From positions 1 through 41,920 of IMG/VR virus record IMGVR_UViG_3300037043_000200: a DNA stretch of 41,920 nt; one strand, given 5' to 3'. The notes beneath the pieces are model-generated. The model ran no database searches and was not told the origin of the DNA. It saw only the letters and a program-made list of their open reading frames with translations. How positions within the stretch are numbered: the first letter of the stretch is position 1; each line of letters begins with the position of its first letter. Source of the DNA: a virus. Its lineage: Duplodnaviria > Caudoviricetes. The translations under genes and the position numbers were made by a program. Positions 35,149 to 41,920 of the stretch are shown one piece after another.

Positions 35149-35712
35149 TTAGAACAATTCATCCGCCACTATGCCTAATAACGCTCCAACCAGGGCGCCC
35201 GGTTCCCCTCCCAAAGATGCACCGATCACAGCCCCTCCCCCCACCATTATATACGTCCTGAGCGTCGCTCTCCGGGGGGCATATATAGTTGTATCGGCAT
35301 ATGTGAATGAAATCTTTAGCGTGTCATACCTTGTCGAATCGATCCGAAGCCGTGAACCCAAGGGATTGAGCGGGAAGATCGTCAGGTAGTTCGAAGTGAG
35401 CGAGTCTCGGACAGTTGCTTTATACGGAAGAAAGTATTCAGAGAATATAGAATCCCGGGACACTTCCGTATCGCCGTTTGCAATAACTGCTTGAATGGAG
35501 TCATATTTCCCTTTCCAATATTCAATTGAGTCTCTGGATTGCTCTAACTGTATGACGGGGACGGGTTTCGGCACCGTGTCAATCCTCCCGGGTTCAACGA
35601 TCGTGATTGTCCTCGGTTCTATCGTTGTGGTACGATTGTCTACCAAGAAATAATACAACACTCCCCAACCGGCAAAAAGCAGAATGATGAAAAGAATGTT
35701 ATTGTCTTTCAT
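35149..35712 (-). CDS. Membrane-anchored lysis accessory protein (spanin position)
   Basis: N-terminal TM and C-terminal glycine zipper; ATGA-coupled to the endolysin. Confidence 0.5.
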   Translation of the reverse strand: MKDNNILFIILLFAGWGVLYYFLVDNRTTTIEPRTITIVEPGRIDTVPKPVPVIQLEQSRDSIEYWKGKYDSIQAVIANGDTEVSRDSIFSEYFLPYKATVRDSLTSNYLTIFPLNPLGSRLRIDSTRYDTLKISFTYADTTIYAPRRATLRTYIMVGGGAVIGASLGGEPGALVGALLGIVADELF

Positions 35713-36371
35713 GGAATTGCCACCGCCTCTCCGAGATCCACTCCGTCAAGAAACGCCTGCAGTTGATCGTACCGGAAGAACGGGTGCGGGTCGGTTTTGT
35801 CCTGTCGTACATTACAGTGTCCCAGGATGCCATTGAAATCAAAGAACTTTTCATCGAATGTGGTTGATTCCTTTTGTTCAATGCACCGCTTTGGGACACT
35901 GTGCTGTTCGCATAGATACTTAATTAAATTATACAGCGATCGCTCCTGCGCATCTTCATAAAGATCGAAATAGGAATATCCTCGCCAGGGCTTTTCCAGG
36001 ATCACCGCTTTATCCTTGAATATCGCTCGACCGTCAAACGCCCGGAGGATCCCGTCCTTATCCTTCTGCAGCGCTCCCTCGCTGGCGATCTCAATTCCGA
36101 TCGAAGCCCGATTCAATTCAGTGTTGCGTCGGTGTTTCAATCCCAGGTGATATGCCCAGTATCGTGGGTCGAACACCTCAAAGATGGTCCCGTCGCGATC
36201 GATCAGGTATGCCGTTCCAACCCGATCTGCATCTCGCAGCCAATGCCGGAACGAACTCTCGGCAGATCCTCCGACGGTGTGATGAATATAGATCTGTCTC
36301 TTCGGCGTTGCATCGGCATAGAATTGTTCGATCGGAAGACGCAAAGATCTGTTTAATACGATCGCACTCAT
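35709..36371 (-). CDS. Endolysin, N-acetylmuramoyl-L-alanine amidase (Amidase_2)
   Basis: IYIHHT, WAYHLG, N..SIGIEI, ILGH.N...KTDP. Confidence 0.9.
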   Translation of the reverse strand: MSAIVLNRSLRLPIEQFYADATPKRQIYIHHTVGGSAESSFRHWLRDADRVGTAYLIDRDGTIFEVFDPRYWAYHLGLKHRRNTELNRASIGIEIASEGALQKDKDGILRAFDGRAIFKDKAVILEKPWRGYSYFDLYEDAQERSLYNLIKYLCEQHSVPKRCIEQKESTTFDEKFFDFNGILGHCNVRQDKTDPHPFFRYDQLQAFLDGVDLGEAVAIP

Positions 36372-36601
36372 TGTATTGCCTCTTCCGGTTTTCTCTTATT
36401 CTCGTGCTCTTTCACATTCCCCCACACCAATGCGACCACACCGGTTGCAAGAGCGCCAATAACCGTCGCCATGCCGACAAAGTCCGGTTCATGCCGGCCG
36501 ATGAGCATTGCATTGACAAGAAAAGTTGAGCAGCCAAGGTAAACATATCCAAGTATGTTCTTCCGTCCGCCCATTGCGTGGACGATCATTTCTGGTTTCA
36601 T
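36368..36601 (-). CDS. Holin (2 TM)
   Basis: 77 aa, GGRK plus two hydrophobic helices and a charged tail; upstream of the amidase. Confidence 0.7.
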   Translation of the reverse strand: MKPEMIVHAMGGRKNILGYVYLGCSTFLVNAMLIGRHEPDFVGMATVIGALATGVVALVWGNVKEHENKRKPEEAIQ

Positions 36602-36876
36602 TATTGACCTCCGTTCTTTTTATCCTGTTTCTTTGGCAGTTCCTGCTTTATCTCAGTCAGGATTAGTTCCATGCGATCAAGTTGTTGTTTGATGCTTTTT
36701 TGATCACTGTCGTATACGTCTTTCCGGACGTACGTTTTTTCGGCATGATCAGTAGTTTCATACCGTGATATCGCCGCACCCAATGTGAATGATGTTGCGA
36801 TCGCTCCGATGACAAATGATAGCATGATCTTGATCCAGTCCATCACTCGGCGTTGTTTTTCGTCGGGCTGTGTCAT
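36601..36876 (-). CDS. Single-TM coiled-coil lysis-cluster protein
   Basis: One TM plus a coiled coil; TAATG-coupled to the holin. Confidence 0.6.
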   Translation of the reverse strand: MTQPDEKQRRVMDWIKIMLSFVIGAIATSFTLGAAISRYETTDHAEKTYVRKDVYDSDQKSIKQQLDRMELILTEIKQELPKKQDKKNGGQ

Positions 36877-36901
36877 ATTCCTTTCTCCGGATTAGATATT
36901 G

Positions 36902-37183
36902 TTATTGTTTTTTTTCGGGCGGTACCACTACCTGCAAAGTCAGGTTTTGTAATTTGTTCTCATTCAGCAACTTGTTGAGCAGGATCTGCGCTTCTTCCAG
37001 CCGGCGTTTGAAATACTCAACATCGTCCCGGACGTCGACAATCTTTTGAGCGAGCAACTCGTTGATCACTTTGGGCTGCGATTCAATGTGCCTTTTCAGT
37101 CTTTCGATCGTCTCATTCATGGCGACCTTTTGACTTCCCAGGTTATTTACCTGCTGCTGCATTGTCTTAATTGTTGGTTTCAT
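36902..37183 (-). CDS. Coiled-coil hypothetical protein
   Basis: 93 aa, after the fibre genes. Confidence 0.6.
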   Translation of the reverse strand: MKPTIKTMQQQVNNLGSQKVAMNETIERLKRHIESQPKVINELLAQKIVDVRDDVEYFKRRLEEAQILLNKLLNENKLQNLTLQVVVPPEKKQ

Positions 37184-37580
37184 TGGCCGACCCCTTCTCG
37201 TTTAATGCATCCATTGTGAAGTATTTATACATGGCCAAAGATCGAGGATCGGAGATCGGCAGCGTCTTTGCCGTGTTTGCATCTTCCAGGGATTTCTTGA
37301 TGATATTGAATTCCCTGGCCGTCAATTCGATCAGGAACGGACCATGTTCCTTCTCCGCTTTGTCATTCCAATTGAAAGACGTGGCGCCATTCTCATTTTT
37401 TGACACCAACTCAAATTCATCCAGTTCATCCTGGGTGAACTGTAGTTTCTTTCGAAGGTCGCCAAGTACAATGCCAGTTTCATAATTTCCTCGCTCGGGA
37501 AAGAATGTCGGTATGCTCAGCCGATCGAAGACGGAGAATTTACAGATTCGGTTTTTTTGTGATTGCATTTTTTTTGCCAT
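37167..37580 (-). CDS. Hypothetical protein (possible tail fibre chaperone)
   Basis: 137 aa directly after the distal fibre gene; GGGAG RBS. Confidence 0.6.
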   Translation of the reverse strand: MAKKMQSQKNRICKFSVFDRLSIPTFFPERGNYETGIVLGDLRKKLQFTQDELDEFELVSKNENGATSFNWNDKAEKEHGPFLIELTAREFNIIKKSLEDANTAKTLPISDPRSLAMYKYFTMDALNEKGSANETNN

Positions 37581-37617
37581 AGTAACTCCCGTGATTGTTA
37601 GGTTAAAATCCTACCTC

Positions 37618-39189
37618 TTAAACAGGCAGGGTTGTTGCATGCGTCCATGTTGTAGACGTGCCGTCCAAGCGCATGTATTTGTATCGAACAGTTCCGCCGT
37701 CGTTCCACTTGAACACGACGTAATATCCAGAGCCACCGCTATCATAAATAAACCAATGCACTTCGGTATTTGAGGTCGGGCTACTGCCGGTGTCGCTGCG
37801 CTTAACCATAACCTGTGCGCCAGACATGTAAAAATTCGACCACTTCTTCGACTGAGTTCCAAGATTTAATCCGCCGTCTGTCGAGGGCTGAAGGTCTGTT
37901 GTAACGAAGCCACTCGCCACGTTAAGCGTTCCGTTGAAAACTCCGTTACCTGCTGCATCAATCGTTGCTCTTGTTGCACCGTTGGCGTAAAACTCAAAAG
38001 CTGTTCCCGTTGTCTTGCTCGACACAAATCGAATGTGTCCTACTGTTGACGAATTTACTATCGCCAACTGCTCTGGAATCGTCGAATGTGTGGAACCGTA
38101 TCGTATCAGATACGCGGGTGTAGAGCCGTCGTTTACTTGTGCAAAATAAAATCCCGCTGATTGTGCGGTATTTGTATTTACTGCGCCGATTGAAACATAC
38201 CCTGCTAACGACTGAACATTTTTTATATTGCCACTTGTGGTAATAGCACCTGATGAGATCGCTGCAGTCGAATTAAAACTAATTGTGACGGCGCTCGTGT
38301 TTATTGTCATCCAATGTCGTGATGTGTCTGAAAACGTAAACGAATCGGCAATTTGACCATATGACAAATACGGTGAGTTTGCGTTCGACGACAAATACAC
38401 TGAGCCAATCGTTGCTGAGCCAATGGTTATTTTCGTTGCACCGGTTGCAAAAACTGCGTTACCCACCGATGAGATTGTTCCGATGTTCGTTAGGTTTCTC
38501 GACGCATCTATCACCGTGGTTCCACCCATTTGTAAAGCCCCGGTATTGATATTTAAAGCGGTGGTTGGATAAAATATCACCATGCTTCTACTGGCGTCAA
38601 ATTCTGCCAACAGACTCCATGAAGCGGAGTTGCTTCTCGCTTCGAGGTAGAGTTGTGTTGTGGAGCGAACGCTTGCGTCATACGTGCGAAGCCGATGCCC
38701 GTATCCGCTTGACCATCCTGATCCATACCATTCGATTCCCTGTCTTGATTCATCGGAGCCAAAACGCAAACCAAGCGTATTTACCATTGTGGTAAAAGTT
38801 GCGCCAATCGAGACTATTGAATTGAACTTGAACGATGAGGCGACGAAAGTTAGATGCCCATAATTCGATGCGGCAGAGTCTTCGGATGCGGTTAGATACA
38901 CACCGTAAGATCCAGTAGAAACATCGAGCCTCCCGCTCGCGTTTGAAATGGCAAGAGTTGTTGTCAGCGTCAATCCCGCAAACGTCGGGGAGTTACCGGA
39001 GCCGACCGCCTGACCGATATTAATTGTCACATCGCCAGTGCCAGAATCGGCACCGGTTGATCCGATAGTTACACCGGTTCCCTGGATGATCTTTCTTATG
39101 ACTGCCCTCCCCGCAGTCGTTATGTCCAGATCGTCCCTATTGACGCTGCCATCTCCAATATCGCCCGTTCTAATCTGTGTTCGTGCCAT
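37618..39189 (-). CDS. Tail fibre / receptor-binding protein
   Basis: Gly/Ser/Thr-rich; QAVG...SPTFAGLT, GGTTVIDASRNLTNIGTI, P.TD...NLG...K.W.N.Y fibre motifs. Confidence 0.8.
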   Translation of the reverse strand: MARTQIRTGDIGDGSVNRDDLDITTAGRAVIRKIIQGTGVTIGSTGADSGTGDVTINIGQAVGSGNSPTFAGLTLTTTLAISNASGRLDVSTGSYGVYLTASEDSAASNYGHLTFVASSFKFNSIVSIGATFTTMVNTLGLRFGSDESRQGIEWYGSGWSSGYGHRLRTYDASVRSTTQLYLEARSNSASWSLLAEFDASRSMVIFYPTTALNINTGALQMGGTTVIDASRNLTNIGTISSVGNAVFATGATKITIGSATIGSVYLSSNANSPYLSYGQIADSFTFSDTSRHWMTINTSAVTISFNSTAAISSGAITTSGNIKNVQSLAGYVSIGAVNTNTAQSAGFYFAQVNDGSTPAYLIRYGSTHSTIPEQLAIVNSSTVGHIRFVSSKTTGTAFEFYANGATRATIDAAGNGVFNGTLNVASGFVTTDLQPSTDGGLNLGTQSKKWSNFYMSGAQVMVKRSDTGSSPTSNTEVHWFIYDSGGSGYYVVFKWNDGGTVRYKYMRLDGTSTTWTHATTLPV

Positions 39190-39198
39190 GACCCATTT

Positions 39199-40389
39199 CT
39201 ATTTGAAATATGTTGCCAGCAATAAATCGCCGGTAACCGGCGCTGTGATCATCGTGATTGTGGCGCCGGAGATCGTATAATCATTCCCCGCACCACTCCG
39301 CAATCTGATACCGTTTTGATATAAAAGAACGCTTCCGGCCAGCGGAGTATTAGCCAAAGAAAATGAAGTGTTCGATCCGTTGATCGTTCCGGAAGGAATT
39401 TCTTCGCCGACTAAATCTGCGGTGAGCATCACAGTACCATCTTTGTTCGGAAGCGTCCACGTTCGCCCGCTTGTAATTGTGGCGAGAGCAAAAGAACTCG
39501 TATAAGTGTCTTTGAAAATATCTATGCCTGTTGATATCAGCGGCTTCGCCGTCAGCCATACCCCACTCGATCCGGAACTCCTCTGCTGAATAACACCGGT
39601 ATCCACTCCGTCCGTTACGGTTATCTGTGTAAACGTCGGAGAGTCCACTACCTTTAATCCTGATCCGGATACCGACATTTTGGAACCGAGACCGGTCGCG
39701 TCAAGTTTCACCTGAATCGAGTCTGCATTTACCTGTATGGTTCCATCAGCAGAGGCAACATCGATCGTGTTCCCGGTCTTGGTCAGTCCTGCGCCGGCCA
39801 GGATCTGTCCGAGTCCGGAGATCTGTGTAAATGTGAGAGCAGTCGTTCCAAGGACAATGGCGTCATTTGTCGTCAGCAACCATTGACTGTCACCGTTGAC
39901 CGTCCCTTCATTCACCCAGCAGGTCATGCCGGCAGTCACCTCTGCCGATGAATCGGCATCGGTCGCTCGAGTCCATGCTCCTGAAGCCACAACATAGATT
40001 CCGTTCGCCGATCCGGTGGATTGATCTTTGACCAAAACCCGATCTCCTACCGATAAGGCCACTCCGTCGATTGTCTGCGTTCCGGATAATGTTATGTTTG
40101 CGCCAACCGTAGCAACACGGACGGAAGCTTTCCAATCGACGCCGGTTGCCAGACCATCAACATATCCTTTGGTCGCTGCATCGGTATCCGCTGTCGGTGT
40201 GCCAAGTCCGGTGATCTTGTTCGTTCCCATAGCAAGAGCGCCGGTCATGGCAACGCTGCCGTCTTTCTTCACCCAGTTTGCACCGTCGGCAAGTTTGCTC
40301 GATGCGATCGCAGCAGATGCGTTGATCTCGGTATTTGTGATCGTTCCGGCAATGATTTGCGTATTGCCGCGAATCTTCATTTGTGCCAT
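39199..40389 (-). CDS. Tail fibre protein
   Basis: KITGLGTPTADTDAATKGYVD, DWKASVRVAT..NITLSG.QTIDGV.L..GDRVLVKDQ...NGIY...W.RA.D. C-terminal adaptor-like domain. Confidence 0.85.
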   Translation of the reverse strand: MAQMKIRGNTQIIAGTITNTEINASAAIASSKLADGANWVKKDGSVAMTGALAMGTNKITGLGTPTADTDAATKGYVDGLATGVDWKASVRVATVGANITLSGTQTIDGVALSVGDRVLVKDQSTGSANGIYVVASGAWTRATDADSSAEVTAGMTCWVNEGTVNGDSQWLLTTNDAIVLGTTALTFTQISGLGQILAGAGLTKTGNTIDVASADGTIQVNADSIQVKLDATGLGSKMSVSGSGLKVVDSPTFTQITVTDGVDTGVIQQRSSGSSGVWLTAKPLISTGIDIFKDTYTSSFALATITSGRTWTLPNKDGTVMLTADLVGEEIPSGTINGSNTSFSLANTPLAGSVLLYQNGIRLRSGAGNDYTISGATITMITAPVTGDLLLATYFK

Positions 40390-40410
40390 GATGTTATTCT
40401 CCTAATAAAT

Positions 40411-40977
40411 TTACAATGGCGGCCCGCTGCACAGGAATGTGACCACGTCGCCCGTTAACGGGGCTTCATCGAGTGTCACTTCCGATGGAATAGACTGCGT
40501 ATAGTGAATGTTTTTTATCTGTTCCAATCCATTGATAGAAACGGTGATGATCTCCGACTCAGCAGAGAATATTTTATTCGTTCCGTTCACCGCTCCCGTT
40601 GCGACAACATTCTGAAGCAAGATCGTAGAACCGGAAAGATCTGCCAGATACATTTGTCCTGCAGGAGTGACAGCGATAATCTTATTGGACGCTCCAAGGG
40701 CAGTCGGCAAGATCAATTCATAACTTGAACCGTCAAGTCTCTTTATTTTGATGCTCGCACCCTCACCGCCGACCGCAATTCCATCATGGAAGAATATCAA
40801 TGGATTGAAATGACTTGGCTGCGATTCCGTTGCCAGGTTTGTGTAGGCCGTTATATCACCATCAATCCCAATCTCTCCGACCACGAACCGCTTTTCCAAA
40901 GGGTCATACAATACGACCGCGTTGGTATCGGGCAGCCGAATTCCATACAGGTTCAGTCGTTTTGAGTAAAAGTCCAT
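40411..40977 (-). CDS. Tail fibre adaptor-like protein
   Basis: C-terminal G.VNG.N..F...V.INGL.Q...Y.....V.L..AP..GD domain shared with 39199-40389. Confidence 0.6.
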   Translation of the reverse strand: MDFYSKRLNLYGIRLPDTNAVVLYDPLEKRFVVGEIGIDGDITAYTNLATESQPSHFNPLIFFHDGIAVGGEGASIKIKRLDGSSYELILPTALGASNKIIAVTPAGQMYLADLSGSTILLQNVVATGAVNGTNKIFSAESEIITVSINGLEQIKNIHYTQSIPSEVTLDEAPLTGDVVTFLCSGPPL

Positions 40978-41870
40978 TAGGATATCATCACTGCAATGAC
41001 GTCACCAACCGTTGTGGTGTAAGAGCCACTGTTTGATTTTATAGAGAGCACAATATTGATTGCAACAAAATTTGACAGTGCGCTTATGTCAAATTCTGTA
41101 TAATCTGAATATTCTGAAGACAGGATCAATGCCGTTCCGGTCTTAACCACTGCAGCCGGACTCCAACCCGTCGCACTGGCGGTTGACGTGAAATAATGCG
41201 TTCCCCCTGCAGCCGACGTTTTGATGATGAAATACACTCTAATCTTTGTCATACCCGGAAGTTTCGGAAAAGAGAAGTTCGCCTTGATCTCATCACTGGC
41301 CTGATTTGTCGACCACACCATATTTGGATTGGTTGGATTCTGTGCTGTCGTAAGATTTTCACCGAAATTCTTCATTGAAAAAACAATGGCGCCATTATAG
41401 TTACCACCGGTGATACCGAGATTGCCCGATCCATCGACCTGGAGTGACGAGTCGTGTTTTACTTTGATCGAACCATTGATGTCCTTCTCCAGTCCTCCGT
41501 TGGCAGCAATGACGTCGGCTGCAAGTTTTAACGCCGTGACATTCGCATCTTTGATCTTCGCTGTCTCTACTGCATCGGTCGCAAGTTTCGCTGCGGAAAT
41601 ACCAGAATCCTTCACCCGGAATGATTTCGCTCCGGTTGCAGCGGATGCTTCAAGTGTTACTCCGTCAGCGATCGCCGCTTTTAATGAACGCCCTTCGATC
41701 TTGTCGTCTTTGTGGCTACCGTTTGAATTATGTTCCGCGCCGATCGCTGTATCGAGTTTGATGAAATTTCCGTTGAGACCGGTATTGTCCGTTACCTGAT
41801 CACCGGCGCCGGGATTCTCACCGTCCACCCATGTTCCAAGATTTAAGTTTGGTGTTCCTACTCGTGCCAT
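40977..41870 (-). CDS. Tail fibre/spike-like virion protein
   Basis: TPNLNL..W...LN.NF.KLD anchor motif; (I/V)..AK(L/I)A...V repeats; GAGG RBS. Confidence 0.7.
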   Translation of the reverse strand: MARVGTPNLNLGTWVDGENPGAGDQVTDNTGLNGNFIKLDTAIGAEHNSNGSHKDDKIEGRSLKAAIADGVTLEASAATGAKSFRVKDSGISAAKLATDAVETAKIKDANVTALKLAADVIAANGGLEKDINGSIKVKHDSSLQVDGSGNLGITGGNYNGAIVFSMKNFGENLTTAQNPTNPNMVWSTNQASDEIKANFSFPKLPGMTKIRVYFIIKTSAAGGTHYFTSTASATGWSPAAVVKTGTALILSSEYSDYTEFDISALSNFVAINIVLSIKSNSGSYTTTVGDVIAVMIS

Positions 41871-41920
41871 TATTGACCTCTTTAGAAATTCGTACCGAAG
41901 TTCGCCGCATAATTAATTCC
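41794..41920 (+). repeat. Terminal direct repeat copy 2 (circular assembly overlap)
   Basis: Identical to 1-127. Confidence 0.95.

Larger units (their letters stand above)
1..41920. mobile_element. Complete temperate lambda-like siphophage genome, circular/excised form (about 41,793 bp unique)
   Basis: Packaging, head, tail, lysis, lysogeny and integration modules are all present. The ends overlap by 127 bp, attP is intact and no host genes are evident. Confidence 0.95.

Noticed and set aside
37618-40389. Diversity-generating retroelement or invertible fibre cassette
   Set aside because: No reverse transcriptase, invertase or TR/VR-like repeat pair was seen.
1-41920. Genome-wide TAG-to-Gln recoding
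   Set aside because: Core genes are intact under the standard code, and TAG terminates genes at sensible positions (5157, 7148, 39199).

Overview
The window appears to be a complete, circular temperate phage genome of about 41,793 bp. Positions 1-127 repeat exactly at 41794-41920, most likely as an assembly overlap. It is a lambda-like siphovirus: Nu1/GpA-type terminase, a cosQ-like site, lambda-family portal, a fused prohead-protease/major-capsid protein, a non-contractile tail with a -1 frameshifted G/GT chaperone, an 817-aa tape measure, several fibre proteins, and holin/amidase lysis genes. Lysogeny functions are a cI/cro/cII switch and a tyrosine integrase next to an intact attP whose core is the 3' half of tRNA-Gln(CUG). 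The most notable features are: (1) a ParB / ParB-ParB-methyltransferase / HAD / CmoA-like (carboxy-SAM synthase-like) cassette between cos and terS, a candidate packaging-linked DNA carboxymethylation system with a broken MTase-HAD junction; (2) export-signal-like N-terminal leaders on the major tail protein and on a probable head-region beta protein; (3) AT-rich accessory modules (STAS-GHKL kinase plus STAS, a three-gene HicAB-like unit, a DUF2335-like pair, a HEPN-like gene); (4) no recognisable replication initiator, but a perfect 30-bp palindrome with iteron-like repeats next to an HNH gene with a C-terminal extension. All family assignments come from motif recognition by eye; no database searches were run.
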